A DNA stretch of 64,000 nt from Minisyncoccota bacterium (GCA_028690055.1 JAQVBZ010000006.1:392-64391), one strand, 5' to 3'; shown: positions 9,395 to 20,217, counted from the stretch's first letter. Numbers and translations are program-made. Notes: generated from the sequence alone by a model not told the origin.

Positions 9395-9820
9395 TTAAGC
9401 CTTTGCCGCACCGGTTTTTTGTTTGGTAACCAGGCGGATGAAAAATGTTAGGACCAGGAGACACCAAAGGGCATATACCTTCGGAACAAGGAGTAGGTAT
9501 TTACCCTCTCCCAATTCAACAAAATCCCATTCATCAGGATTTCTGTGCCAGGGCAGAAGGAATATTAAAAACCTAAAAATTCCTTCTGGCAAAACTTCTG
9601 CAATCATCTCTTCGGAAATATTAAATATCAGTCCGAAGTGAGGCATATATTTTGCCTTGAATTTGCGTTTTCCTATGTCTTCATTCCTCGGAAATCTCAG
9701 CACTGCAACGTCTATGATACGATACGCTGTGCTATCCTCTTTTTGACGCCTGTATATCAACAGTCCAAAAAGATGGAACAGAAATCTGAAAAGTGGATCC
9801 AAAAATGGAGCCTTTTCCAT
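9395..9820 (-). CDS. orphan membrane protein
   Basis: 141 aa with N- and C-terminal TM segments; own promoter TTGACT-17-TACAAT at ~9921-9893. Confidence 0.5.
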   Translation of the reverse strand: MEKAPFLDPLFRFLFHLFGLLIYRRQKEDSTAYRIIDVAVLRFPRNEDIGKRKFKAKYMPHFGLIFNISEEMIAEVLPEGIFRFLIFLLPWHRNPDEWDFVELGEGKYLLLVPKVYALWCLLVLTFFIRLVTKQKTGAAKA

Positions 9821-9982
9821 TACTACACCTTTTGCAATTTTACTTTTCGTCCGCTATCCCTCCTTTTATCTTTATTATAAGATGGACTGAGTATTGTAAA
9901 CTAAAAGACTGCGAAAGTCAACTTCTCAAATCAAATAAAAAAGAAGCTGTCTTGCTATACGGCTTCTCTCTAAAATTTCAGG

Positions 9983-10702
9983 CTATTTTCCTTTTTTACC
10001 TTCATCATAGATATCGAATTCATAACCGAAAATATTTTTCTCGTCCATTTTTCCGTGAGTGAGAAGATAAAGACCTAGCCCGACATCCTGCGCCAGGACT
10101 TTCAGATAGCCTTCTTTCTTGAGGCGTCGAGGCGAAACTTGGACCTTCGCGTTCGACATAAAACGGAATTTTCCCAATTTTACCCCGCGTTGCGCGTAGT
10201 CGGAATCTTCTCCCAGCATAAGCTTCTCGTCAAAGCCTCCCAATTGTTGATGCAAATTTCTCTTAACAAAAATACACCACCCTCCTGCCAGCGGTTTTAC
10301 AAATTGCGAAGAAGCAACGAAATAATTCCACCAGCGGAAGAAAAGATGATCTAAATAATTGCCTTTCGTGGTAGCGATTGGCACTCCCATAGCCAAGTCT
10401 TTTTTTTCGAATTCAGCCAATCCGTTTTTCAAAAAGTCAACATCCGGCAACTCGGTGTCCGCGTCCAGGAAAAGAATGATATCACCAGTGGCCGCCTCGG
10501 CACCATGATTCCTGCCCGCCGCCGGCAGTCCACCTTGTACTATTTTGCAATTAAAATTTGCTGCAATTTCTCTGGTCCTATCGTGGGAAGCATTGTCCGC
10601 CACGATGATTTCATAGTCGCAAAAAGTCTGTTTCCCGATACTCTTCAAAAGCTTGGGTAAATATTTTTCTTCGTTCTTGGTTGGAATAACTATCGATAAC
10701 AT
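9983..10702 (-). CDS. glycosyltransferase family 2
   Basis: SIVIPTKNEE, FLDADT, GGFDE..GED. Confidence 0.9.
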   Translation of the reverse strand: MLSIVIPTKNEEKYLPKLLKSIGKQTFCDYEIIVADNASHDRTREIAANFNCKIVQGGLPAAGRNHGAEAATGDIILFLDADTELPDVDFLKNGLAEFEKKDLAMGVPIATTKGNYLDHLFFRWWNYFVASSQFVKPLAGGWCIFVKRNLHQQLGGFDEKLMLGEDSDYAQRGVKLGKFRFMSNAKVQVSPRRLKKEGYLKVLAQDVGLGLYLLTHGKMDEKNIFGYEFDIYDEGKKGK

Positions 10703-10711
10703 AGATTTTAT

Positions 10712-11875
10712 TTATTCGTTCTTTTTTTTCTGAATGATCTCATTATAAAGACCAACGACCTTATCCACCCAAGGCGCGATACAAAATTCTCGAGCATTGA
10801 CACGTGCGCTTGCAGACATTTTTTTTCGAAGTGCGCCATCCTCGATGAGCTTGATGGTGTTGGTGGCAAAATTATCTTCAACATTGTCCGTCAAAATCCC
10901 ATCTTGTCCGGACTTGATCATATCCTCGATACCGCTGGCTTTTACCGCTACTACCGGCAGTCCCGCCGCCATGGCTTCCACCGCCACCAGACCTTGTGTT
11001 TCTGTGAGGGATGCAAAGACAAATATGTCACTGGCTTGATAATGAGCAATCATTTCTTCTTTGTCCAAAAGCCCCGTAAAGATGACGCTGTCTTCCAGCT
11101 CAAGCTCCTTTACCAAAACATCAAGCTCATCACGGAAGCTACCTTCGCCGACAATCATTAACCTAACGTCCTTTCTTGTGTTGCGAATAATCGCAAAAGC
11201 CCGCACCAAAAAATCGATATTTTTTTCTGGAACCACCCGACTTGCCGTAATAAGAAACACTTCATTCTCTTTGATGTCATATTTATTGCGAATGCTATCC
11301 CGCGTTCCCGCGTCTTTGGCAAACTGATCTATATTTATACCACTCGGAATGATATGAACCGATTTTTTTATCCCTTGTTCAAAAAGCAACTTCTTAATTG
11401 CGCCGGAGGGAGCAATCAGCGCATCGCACTTCCTGCAATTATGATTTACGATCCATCGGATAATCTTCTGGGAAATCTTCTTGGGAATAAGAAATACGTA
11501 ATGAGAATAATCTTCGTATTTGATATGGTAAGTAAGCACAATTGGAATATCTAGTTTTCTGCTAAATTTGGTCGCCTCCCACCCTAAAGAAAACGGCTGG
11601 TGGCTGTGAATGACATCGAGATTCAAAGAGCGAACAGTGTCTTCCATTTTAGAAACCATCGGCACGGGGATAACGTAAAGATAATCGTCATAAGTGAAAG
11701 AAAATGATTTATATCGAAAAATATTTTCTTCTTTCTCCTCCCAGTCTGGATAGTCGGGAGCAAAAATAAAAACTTCGTGTCCGGCAGCTCTAAGCCCGTT
11801 ACTTAAATTTATAACCGATGTCTCCATTCCACCCTTGGAAGGGGTGAAATAGTTGATAAACATCCCAATTCGCAT
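10712..11875 (-). CDS. glycosyltransferase family 4 (diacylglycerol glucosyltransferase-like)
   Basis: ETQGLVAVEAMAAGLPVV. Confidence 0.9.
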   Translation of the reverse strand: MRIGMFINYFTPSKGGMETSVINLSNGLRAAGHEVFIFAPDYPDWEEKEENIFRYKSFSFTYDDYLYVIPVPMVSKMEDTVRSLNLDVIHSHQPFSLGWEATKFSRKLDIPIVLTYHIKYEDYSHYVFLIPKKISQKIIRWIVNHNCRKCDALIAPSGAIKKLLFEQGIKKSVHIIPSGINIDQFAKDAGTRDSIRNKYDIKENEVFLITASRVVPEKNIDFLVRAFAIIRNTRKDVRLMIVGEGSFRDELDVLVKELELEDSVIFTGLLDKEEMIAHYQASDIFVFASLTETQGLVAVEAMAAGLPVVAVKASGIEDMIKSGQDGILTDNVEDNFATNTIKLIEDGALRKKMSASARVNAREFCIAPWVDKVVGLYNEIIQKKKNE

Positions 11876-11894
11876 AGCTGTAAATAATAGCTGA

Positions 11895-12356
11895 TTATCT
11901 TATTTTTAAAAACTTTTTTGTGTCTTTCTCAAAATTATTCCAAATATAATACCAAAAAGAGGGGAAATAAACGAGGCTTATAAAAAACAGCGAAATAAGA
12001 ACGACGGCGTCATAGCTGGCGCGCACCCAATAGTCATCATCCAACTTGAACCACATTCCGAATTCATCGAAGGTGAGCCCCAGGCCAAGTCCATAGAGAA
12101 CCCCGATCTTGAGGCGATTCTTTTCATTCTGGAAAACCAGCGCCAAAAAACCGGCGATGGCCATAATAACGATTCCATAATTGAGATGGTGAACGTGATA
12201 ACCTTTGATATATATATAGGGATCCTCCAAGATTCCGAAAGTAGCAGAAAGCACGTAGAGTCTGACAAACACAAACGTAAAAAGAAAAGTAACCAGCACA
12301 ACGAAGCTGACTCTTTTCTTATGTTTTTCTATCAGGTTGTCGTAGAATATTCCCAT
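11895..12356 (-). CDS. conserved hypothetical integral membrane protein
   Basis: four TM segments, HVHHLNYG and GLTFDEF motifs. Confidence 0.75.
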   Translation of the reverse strand: MGIFYDNLIEKHKKRVSFVVLVTFLFTFVFVRLYVLSATFGILEDPYIYIKGYHVHHLNYGIVIMAIAGFLALVFQNEKNRLKIGVLYGLGLGLTFDEFGMWFKLDDDYWVRASYDAVVLISLFFISLVYFPSFWYYIWNNFEKDTKKFLKIR

Positions 12357-12437
12357 TCTAGAAGATTAAAGACAAATCTTATTCAGCGTCCTTCTGCGTT
12401 CGACTCCTACGGCAATCACCCGTATATAAATAACCGA

Positions 12438-12743
12438 TTATTCTAATGTTTCCATCGTGATTGCTTTCATCGGGCACTCATTGGCACATATACCGCAGCC
12501 TTTGCAATAATCAAGATCGATTTTGTCGATGATATTTTTTTTGCCCCCTTTTCCGTCTTTGACTTCTTTAATTTTGATTGCCATCTCCGGACAATAAGTG
12601 GCGCAACGGAGACATCCGACGCATTTGTCTTTTGCAAGAACTGGCTTCTGTGATTTCCAGCTACCAGTCTTCACTTCATTGGAGTTACCCGGCTCGATAA
12701 TTTTACCACCGATCGGGATTTCTTTTGCTCTTTTAAGTTTCAT
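12438..12743 (-). CDS. porD: pyruvate/2-oxoacid:ferredoxin oxidoreductase delta subunit
   Basis: KTGSWK, CxxCxxCxxxCP, YCKGCGICANECP. Confidence 0.9.
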   Translation of the reverse strand: MKLKRAKEIPIGGKIIEPGNSNEVKTGSWKSQKPVLAKDKCVGCLRCATYCPEMAIKIKEVKDGKGGKKNIIDKIDLDYCKGCGICANECPMKAITMETLE

Positions 12744-12774
12744 ATATATGAGAATTAATAATTTATTTAAGAAC

Positions 12775-13350
12775 CTACCGCTCCTCAATTTCATCATAGC
12801 CCCTTTGCAAAGCCTCTAAATTTTTGTCTATCATCTCCTGCGTCAGTTTAACGCCAAATTTCTTCTGGAGCTGATTCATAACTTCCTTGTAGGAAATCTT
12901 TGAATGGATCTTGGCTATCGCACCGACCATTACGGTATTGGGAAGATTTTTTCCCAAAATTTCTTTAGAAATACCGCTGGCATCAATGGTATAGATTTTG
13001 CAATTCTTGCCAGAAATCAAGAAAGAGATTTCTTTTTCCGTTTTAGGAGTATTGACAAGCAAGGTTCCGCCCTTCTTGATTCCAGCCGCGACATCCACGC
13101 TAGACAAAAGGGTGGCATCCATTACCACTACCATATCCGGACCTTCTACATCGCCGTGCAAACGTATCTCCTTGTCGCTGAGCCGCACGAAGGTCTTCAT
13201 CGGCGCGCCCGAACGCTCCGGACCGTATTCAGCAAATGTCTGCGCAAATTTCCCCACTGCGATAAAAGCCTTGGCGGTTATGATGCCTGCCGTCTTCGCC
13301 CCCTGTCCGCCCCGGCTATGAATCCTGATTTGGTAAATGTTTTCTATCAT
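12775..13350 (-). CDS. porC: pyruvate/2-oxoacid:ferredoxin oxidoreductase gamma subunit
   Basis: HSRGGQGAKT, YGPERSGAP, PNTVMVGA. Confidence 0.9.
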   Translation of the reverse strand: MIENIYQIRIHSRGGQGAKTAGIITAKAFIAVGKFAQTFAEYGPERSGAPMKTFVRLSDKEIRLHGDVEGPDMVVVMDATLLSSVDVAAGIKKGGTLLVNTPKTEKEISFLISGKNCKIYTIDASGISKEILGKNLPNTVMVGAIAKIHSKISYKEVMNQLQKKFGVKLTQEMIDKNLEALQRGYDEIEER

Positions 13351-13374
13351 GGTTTTTTATTAATTGCTTATTTC

Positions 13375-14376
13375 CTAATATCTCACCACAGGGATCACTG
13401 TAATTTTGGAAACAACGGTTTGCCCCATTTTTTCCGAAAGAATCCTGTCTATATCTTCTATCTGAACGCTCCCGAGCTCTCCCGGATATTCGATTGTTAC
13501 ATTGACAGTCACAATCTGCTCTTTGCTTTCGATACCTACTTCCTTGATTGTAGCATCCGCCAGTTTTGCTGTCACGGTCTCCTCTACGATGGTCTGTCGA
13601 TTCTTTTCCGTAACCGCCCCGTCAGTCAGAAAAGCCAGGGGAATAGCTATCACTATCAAAAAAAGTATCGCCCAGGTCAGATTATTTTTCCGCTTTTCCT
13701 GTCCACTTTCACTCACGGGCCCCTTAAATCTGGCTATGATAAAAAGTAACGAGGCGGCAGAAGTAACAGCAATGAGATTGGAGAGGTATAAGAGAAAAGC
13801 TCCACCAACCAGAGCAAGGTCCTTATGTGCCATCGAAATACCCATCACTGCAAGAGGAGGGACCAAAGCGGCTGCAACTACAACGCCGGCGATAGCGGAC
13901 CCAAGTTTAGGATAAGCGACAATAAACGCCCCCACAAATCCAGCGGCAATGGCGATAAAAAGTTCAAAAATAGTCGGAGAAGTCCTGGCCAAAAACTCAC
14001 TGCCAGACAATGAGTAATCAGGAGAAATGAATCCCATAAAAAACGAAATCAAAAAAATAACCAACGCACTCTTTAGAAGAGTGTATGCTGAGGATTGGAT
14101 CAGCCTAGACTTGCCCTCAACCAAACCCAGCGAGAGCGCCAAAATCGGCCAGACAAGAGGTGCCAAAAGCATTCCCCCGATTATGACCGCCGACGAATCC
14201 ACGATCAACCCCAAAGTGATTATTATACCGGCAAAAATCGTAAGCACATAAAAATCAAAATCGTTTTCAGCATTAGACTTGATTTCGTCATAAACTTTTT
14301 TCTGCCTTTCCGAATCAATATGGAAGGGACCGATGTGCTTTCTTATCGCTTTCAATCCCTCTTTTTTCATTTCCAT
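13375..14376 (-). CDS. DUF389 / TIGR00341 family membrane protein
   Basis: SSAVIIGGMLLAPL, ARTSPT, GVVVAAALVPPL. Confidence 0.85.
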   Translation of the reverse strand: MEMKKEGLKAIRKHIGPFHIDSERQKKVYDEIKSNAENDFDFYVLTIFAGIIITLGLIVDSSAVIIGGMLLAPLVWPILALSLGLVEGKSRLIQSSAYTLLKSALVIFLISFFMGFISPDYSLSGSEFLARTSPTIFELFIAIAAGFVGAFIVAYPKLGSAIAGVVVAAALVPPLAVMGISMAHKDLALVGGAFLLYLSNLIAVTSAASLLFIIARFKGPVSESGQEKRKNNLTWAILFLIVIAIPLAFLTDGAVTEKNRQTIVEETVTAKLADATIKEVGIESKEQIVTVNVTIEYPGELGSVQIEDIDRILSEKMGQTVVSKITVIPVVRY

Positions 14377-14387
14377 ATAATACTTTT

Positions 14388-16466
14388 TTATTTAATCATA
14401 ATTCTCACATCCACTGCCTTGCACCCCTGCCCTTCTTTCTGTACCATCAGCGGGTTGATGTCCAATTCCTTAATTTCCGGATGATTCACAACCAGATTAG
14501 AAAGTCCCACCAGGGTGTCGGCAAGCGCTTCGATGTCCATTTTGGGAAATTGGCGATAGCCTGTCAGTATCTTAAATGATTTGATTTCCTGCATCATTTC
14601 CATCGCCTCTTCCCGGTCGATAGGAGCGAAGCGAAAGGCTACATCTTTAACGACTTCCGTATAGATTCCACCCAGGCCGAACATCAAAAGATGCCCGAAA
14701 TTTTCATCGCCCTTGACGCCGAGAATAATTTCCCGGCCATCTACCATCGGCTGTATGATTATCCCTTCGAAATCACCGCCCAGCTTCCCTTTAATTCTAT
14801 CAAAATATTCGCTAACTTCCAAATCGCTACAGATATCAATCTTCACCCCCTCAACCTCCGTTTTGTGACTGATCTTGCGGGAAAATATCTTTATTGCCAC
14901 CGGATAGCCTATTTCTTTCGCAATCTGCACGGCCTCATCTTTATTTTTTGCAATTTCCGAACGGGCGCTATCGATACCATATTCCTCCAGAAGCTTCAGC
15001 GCTTCTATAAAGTCGGGGTTCTGTTTCAGAGCAACGACTTCTTTATTTGAATGGTTTTTTATCGCACTCACATGACAAGAGGTTAAATATTCTTTCGCTT
15101 CCGTCTTATTCTTTTCACATTCCCATATTTTTCCCAGAGCGCAGATTGCCGCGGAAAGATGGTCATAAGCCGCCACCGGACTTTTTTTGAGCTTCTCTGC
15201 CGTATCGTTTATCAATTCCCCGCCGATAAAGCTCGCCACAATCGGCTTATCCGTCCGTTTGGCAGCGTCCGTAAGTACCTTGGCGGTCTTTGCGATTTCA
15301 GTCCCTCTCTGTGGCGTCAAGATAAAGACGATACCGTCCACGTTCTTGTCGTCCAAAAGCACATCGAGAGCAATCCTGAATCTATCCGCCTTGGCATCTC
15401 CCAGTACATCCACCGGATTGTGTATATTCGCTTCCGCCGGCAAGTTAGCTTTGAGAAATTCCGAGGTCTTCTTGCTAAGTTTTGCCAGTTGGAGTCCATA
15501 AGATTCAATTTCATCGCTTGCGAGTACTCCCGGTCCACCGGCATTGGTAATGATAGCTATGCGGTTATTCTTGATACCTTCATAACGAGACAGAAAATTC
15601 GCCACGCCGAAAAGTTCCTGCATATCATTGACTCGTGTCGCACCTGTTTGCGAAAATACTACCCGTGTCGCTTCATCCGCTCCCGCAAGCGCCCCCGTAT
15701 GGGACTGCATCGCTTTCTGCGACGCCTTACTGGTACCGGGCTTGATAATAATCAGAGGTTTTGTTTTTGCCAATTCCGCTGCCGCCTTCATAAATTTCTC
15801 TCCGTCCTTGAAGCTTTCGAGATATGCCAATACCGCCGTAGTCTCTTTATCGTCTTTGAAATATTCCAAAAGTTCCGCTTCCCCCACGGATACTTTATTG
15901 CCAAAACTGATAAAGCGCGAAAAACCCACACCGCTGACATTGGCCCAGTCCAGCATAGCCGAACAGATAGCCCCTGATTGGGAAATGAAACCCAGCGTAC
16001 CCTTCCTTGTCATACCATTGGCAAAGGAGGCGTTGAGATTATTTATAGAATCCGCCAAGCCCAGACAGTTCGGACCGATAACCGCGATATCAAATTCCCG
16101 AGCGATTGCCTGCATCTCCGCCTCCAGCTTCGCCCCCTCTTTACCGACCTCCTTGAATCCCGCCGAAATGATAACGACATGTTTTATTTCCATTTCACCG
16201 CACTGCCTGAGCGCGACATTTACGAAAGGTGCCGGAATAACGATGATTGCCAAATCGACTTTCTCCTTAATATCCGAAACCGATGGATAAGACTTGAGCC
16301 CCAAGATTTTCTTGGCCTTCAAATTGACGGGATAAATTTTCCCCTTGTACTTTCCTTCAATAATATTTTTCAAAATCCCATAACCTATCTTATCCTTATC
16401 CGTCGAAGCGCCGATGACCGCTACCGATTTTGGAGAGAAAAATTTCTCAAGTTTATTTTGTGACAT
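14388..16466 (-). CDS. acetate--CoA ligase (ADP-forming), fused alpha/beta
   Basis: PKSVAVIGAS, GPNCLG, SQSGA, SHTGALAG phospho-His, C-terminal ATP-grasp ELDINP. Confidence 0.9.
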   Translation of the reverse strand: MSQNKLEKFFSPKSVAVIGASTDKDKIGYGILKNIIEGKYKGKIYPVNLKAKKILGLKSYPSVSDIKEKVDLAIIVIPAPFVNVALRQCGEMEIKHVVIISAGFKEVGKEGAKLEAEMQAIAREFDIAVIGPNCLGLADSINNLNASFANGMTRKGTLGFISQSGAICSAMLDWANVSGVGFSRFISFGNKVSVGEAELLEYFKDDKETTAVLAYLESFKDGEKFMKAAAELAKTKPLIIIKPGTSKASQKAMQSHTGALAGADEATRVVFSQTGATRVNDMQELFGVANFLSRYEGIKNNRIAIITNAGGPGVLASDEIESYGLQLAKLSKKTSEFLKANLPAEANIHNPVDVLGDAKADRFRIALDVLLDDKNVDGIVFILTPQRGTEIAKTAKVLTDAAKRTDKPIVASFIGGELINDTAEKLKKSPVAAYDHLSAAICALGKIWECEKNKTEAKEYLTSCHVSAIKNHSNKEVVALKQNPDFIEALKLLEEYGIDSARSEIAKNKDEAVQIAKEIGYPVAIKIFSRKISHKTEVEGVKIDICSDLEVSEYFDRIKGKLGGDFEGIIIQPMVDGREIILGVKGDENFGHLLMFGLGGIYTEVVKDVAFRFAPIDREEAMEMMQEIKSFKILTGYRQFPKMDIEALADTLVGLSNLVVNHPEIKELDINPLMVQKEGQGCKAVDVRIMIK

Positions 16467-16561
16467 AACAATATCTTATCTTGCTTATTAAAAGCGAACA
16501 ATCATTTAGCTTTTTCGAGACATGATCTTTTCAGTAAAAATTTCTTGAATGCCGTGCCACA

Positions 16562-17578
16562 TTATTTTATTTTTTCAATCTCGACTCCCTGTAGCTTACT
16601 TTCAATCTCCTCTCTTGTCATTATTCCACTCTCAGCTCCGTACTCTGCTACCTCCCCGCCGCTATTGAGAATGCCGAATTTGAGTGCAATTTCAAAATCG
16701 CCGGAAATGATGTAACCTGCAACCAAACCGGAACCGAAAGCGTCACCCGCGCCGGTCGTATCCGTCTGGCGCATCACATGAGCGCCAGAATGTAACATCT
16801 CCTCCCCCGCCAAAAGGTATGCGCCTTTCTTGCCGTCGGTAATGACTATGTTGGACACGCCCCAAGACTTAATAACTCCGATGAGTTTGGCAATGTCATT
16901 GAAATCTTCGCCCTCTAGACCGGACACAGAATCGCTTTTTACAAGTTCAATCGCTTCATCTTTATTGATAATCAAAAGATAGGTGAATTTCATAAACTCC
17001 GCAAGCTTTTCTTTGCCGGATAAGATTTCCGTCTCGCCTGGATTCCACGCCAGCTTGCCACCACTCTCCCGGACAGCTTCGCCGATTTTCCGGAGTTTAT
17101 CTTCGAAATCGTCACCTAGGGCAGTAAGATAAATCCATTTTGTATCTTTTATTTCTTCCGGACGGATTTCCAAACCGTTAGCCGCGCCCTTGTGTGTAAA
17201 AATCACCCGCTCGCCCTCCTTGCCGGCACTGTCCACCACTATAAAAGAAAAGGCCGAGTTTTTACCCGCCTCAATTTGGATCAGGTCAGTGGAAATGTTA
17301 CGCTGCCGCAGATTTTCCGCGATAGACCTGCCGTTGCCGTCGTCACCAAGACGCGAAACTACAGCCGCATTCAGCCCCATCTTGGCAAAAGTCGCCGCCG
17401 CATTGCAAGCGCCGCCGCCAAAATTCATCCGTACATCTTCACTGCGGATTTTTGCGCCATATTCAAAAGCCAGCAAGCGCTGAGAGGTCAAGTCCTCCGG
17501 TGTCTCGATTACTTTTCCTCGGTCGGTCAAAAATGTCATGTCACGGGTCGCCCCGCCAATCGTAACGATATCAAACAT
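16562..17578 (-). CDS. PfkB family carbohydrate kinase
   Basis: GGGACNAA and DTTGAGDAFGSG. Confidence 0.9.
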   Translation of the reverse strand: MFDIVTIGGATRDMTFLTDRGKVIETPEDLTSQRLLAFEYGAKIRSEDVRMNFGGGACNAAATFAKMGLNAAVVSRLGDDGNGRSIAENLRQRNISTDLIQIEAGKNSAFSFIVVDSAGKEGERVIFTHKGAANGLEIRPEEIKDTKWIYLTALGDDFEDKLRKIGEAVRESGGKLAWNPGETEILSGKEKLAEFMKFTYLLIINKDEAIELVKSDSVSGLEGEDFNDIAKLIGVIKSWGVSNIVITDGKKGAYLLAGEEMLHSGAHVMRQTDTTGAGDAFGSGLVAGYIISGDFEIALKFGILNSGGEVAEYGAESGIMTREEIESKLQGVEIEKIK

Positions 17579-17674
17579 ATATATGCTTATTATTCTTGGG
17601 TTTATTATAGCAATTAAAAACGTTTTAATCTAATAATTATAAGGTAGCCGGAAACTACAAAAATTTATAAACCA

Positions 17675-18307
17675 TCAACAAATCGTAAACCATTCCCCTT
17701 CCAAAGGATCAATGTATCCGATGAACGTGAAAATACTATTCACAATTACCCACGCGGCGAGAACATAACCGAACCCCAGCAGTGCCGAACCCAGCACCGA
17801 TTTGATACTTACCATCATATCCGTCTGACCGACGGCAGTCAGGGCGATAAGTTGCCCCAACACGATAGCCAGAAGCGCCAACACACCGACCGCCTTTACC
17901 GCAAAATCCGCTATAAGCTGAAGAGAAAGAGCGAATGAACAAAAATCACACGGAGCACATTCGTCCCATTCCGTACTGGGATCATTGATATTTTTTCCGC
18001 AAGGAATCAACCCGCCGGAACCTTCCACGCTGCCACAATCCTCTGTAGCGGTGGCAGCGGCATCTCCTGCCTCGGGATATAGAGCATCGCGCTCCGTCTC
18101 TTCGGGAGCAGTAGCGGCCTCTTCCGTTCCCGTAGAAGAGGTTGGTGTCAGAGCGGGAGTGTTGCTCTCCGCCGCCCAAGCAACCGGGACCGGGGCGAGC
18201 AAGCCGCAATATACTTCACCGGAAGACCTGTCCGACAAAGTCGAGCTGAGTTGCGGACTCAGAAAATTGCACGCAAGAGCGATTGCCAGCACTAAAGTTC
18301 TTTTCAT
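17675..18307 (-). CDS. secreted/membrane protein, CPR pilin-like
   Basis: signal peptide, GLIPCG...CxxC, two C-terminal TM helices. Confidence 0.6.
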   Translation of the reverse strand: MKRTLVLAIALACNFLSPQLSSTLSDRSSGEVYCGLLAPVPVAWAAESNTPALTPTSSTGTEEAATAPEETERDALYPEAGDAAATATEDCGSVEGSGGLIPCGKNINDPSTEWDECAPCDFCSFALSLQLIADFAVKAVGVLALLAIVLGQLIALTAVGQTDMMVSIKSVLGSALLGFGYVLAAWVIVNSIFTFIGYIDPLEGEWFTIC

Positions 18308-18378
18308 ACTTATAGCTTACTGAATTTAAAAATATTTTTCAGATAGTTCTATGCTCCGACCATCTCCGCCCAGCCGCC

Positions 18379-19938
18379 TCATTTTTCTATAAGACTTTCC
18401 AGGACCATCGCTCTCGGTTTCGGAATACCCAAGACTTCCAAAAGTGTCGGTGAGACATTTCCCAGAACACCGTTCTTATTCAAGGTACAATTTTTGTTAG
18501 TCATTCCCTTCTTCACGATAATAAAAGGCACCGGGTTCTTGCTGTGCATCGTAGAGACGTGTCCCGTTTCAGGATCCAGCATCTCGTCCGCGTTACCATG
18601 ATCGGCGGTGATGATTGCCGCGCCGCCGCTTTCCAGAACCTTACTCACTACTCTCTCGAGGCATTTATCCAAAAATTCCACCGCACAAATCGTCGCCTGC
18701 AGATTTCCCGTATGACCCACCATATCAGCATTGGCATAATTGACCGAGATGAAATCATACACACTATGTTCGATATTGGAAACTATAACATCTGTAATGT
18801 CCCCCGCGGACATTTCCGGTTTCTGATCATAGGAAAATACATCTCGAGAAATAATTTGTTCCCGACTCTCCGAAGCAACCGGCTCCCGATGTCCGCCATT
18901 CAAGAAATAAGTGACATGCGGATATTTTTCCGCCTCAGCGATGTAAAGCTGCTTGAATCGGCTCAATACTTTAGGTAAAGTATCCTTCACCGCCTGCGAA
19001 TTATAAGCGATCTGCACCGGCAAATCCTGTCCGAAATCGGAAAGTGTGCACATAAAAACATCATGCAAGATGTGCTTGCGATTCTTGTAATCTTTCATCT
19101 CCGGCATCGTCAACATCTTGGTTAGTTGCCTCGCACGATCACCGCGCAGATTGAAGAATATCACCGCATCGTTGTCCTTGATCCTAGCCTCCGGCTCTCC
19201 TTCCTTGTTCACGATTACAGTGGGAATAATGAATTCATCAGTGAGTCCGTGATTATATGAATCTTTGATTACTTGCTCGGCGGACTCGCTCTTGGCGCCT
19301 TCGCCCAAAACCATGGCGTCGTATGCCCTCTGCATTCGGTCCCAATGCTTGACCCTGTCCATCGCATAATATCTTCCGCCGATACTCGCAACCTTTCCTA
19401 TGCCGAGTTCCTTTATCTTCTCCTCGAGCCCGCGCAAAAACACTAGGGAACTTTTCTCAAAAGCGTCGCGGCCGTCGGTAAAAAGGTGAAGATAGATTTC
19501 CTTGACCCCGCTATCTTTGGCCATCTGCATCAAGGCATAAAGATGCCCGGGGTCGCTATGCGGACTGTCCGAATCGGACAGCAATCCCATGATATGGAAA
19601 TCGGTCTTTTGCGTGAGCGCGTGATTGAGAGTTCGGCGGATGCGTGGATTCCTGAAGAATTTTCCCGATTGGATGTCTTCGTTTATGATTTGCGAGTCCT
19701 GCCTAATGATTCTGCCCGCGCCGATATTAATGTGTCCGGCTTCGCTCCCACTCCGTTCGTTCTCGCTCAGCCCCACCGCAAGCCCGGTAGCATTGAGCTC
19801 GGTATATGGATATTTGGCAACCAAGCTGTCAAAAAAAGGCTTCTTAGCAAGTTCAATCGCATTCCCTTCCGACTTGGGCGCAATGCCCCAACCGTCCAGA
19901 ATGATCAGCATGTTCGTAGGTTTTTTCGGTTTGGACAT
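18379..19938 (-). CDS. gpmI: 2,3-bisphosphoglycerate-independent phosphoglycerate mutase
   Basis: LDGWG, SEAGH, TDGRD, GRYYAMDR, DMVGHTG, TADHGNA. Confidence 0.95.
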   Translation of the reverse strand: MSKPKKPTNMLIILDGWGIAPKSEGNAIELAKKPFFDSLVAKYPYTELNATGLAVGLSENERSGSEAGHINIGAGRIIRQDSQIINEDIQSGKFFRNPRIRRTLNHALTQKTDFHIMGLLSDSDSPHSDPGHLYALMQMAKDSGVKEIYLHLFTDGRDAFEKSSLVFLRGLEEKIKELGIGKVASIGGRYYAMDRVKHWDRMQRAYDAMVLGEGAKSESAEQVIKDSYNHGLTDEFIIPTVIVNKEGEPEARIKDNDAVIFFNLRGDRARQLTKMLTMPEMKDYKNRKHILHDVFMCTLSDFGQDLPVQIAYNSQAVKDTLPKVLSRFKQLYIAEAEKYPHVTYFLNGGHREPVASESREQIISRDVFSYDQKPEMSAGDITDVIVSNIEHSVYDFISVNYANADMVGHTGNLQATICAVEFLDKCLERVVSKVLESGGAAIITADHGNADEMLDPETGHVSTMHSKNPVPFIIVKKGMTNKNCTLNKNGVLGNVSPTLLEVLGIPKPRAMVLESLIEK

Positions 19939-20001
19939 AATGTTATTGACAAATAAACAAATTTGGATTAAAGTCTAGGCAAAATAGGGGGGGTATCCTA
20001 A

Positions 20002-20217
20002 ATGGAGATAGATTACACGGGTATCTTAATTGCTATCCTTATATATCTGATAGCAGTGGCACTCGTCGAAAGGCATTGTGACAAGAAAGTAAATGAAGAA
20101 TAAATAACTTCTTCCCAGGTAAACTACAGAAAAAAATTGATAAACGGCGTCGTTATGATGATAATAATGGTGCTATACGAAGCCTTTCATGATTACATCC
20201 CTCACCTCTTCTGGTGA
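20002..20217 (+). pseudogene. two-TM orphan mini-gene interrupted by an in-frame TAA (20101-20103)
   Basis: MEIDYTGILIAILIYLIAVALVERHCDKKVNEE*ITSSQVNYRKKLINGVVMMIIMVLYEAFHDYIPHLFW; promoter TTGACA-17-TAAAGT at 19946-19974 and G-rich RBS. Confidence 0.5.

Noticed and set aside
87-9820. Integron cassette array
   Set aside because: No integrase and no attC RYYYAAC/GTTRRRY boundaries; many genes are operonic without intervening repeats.
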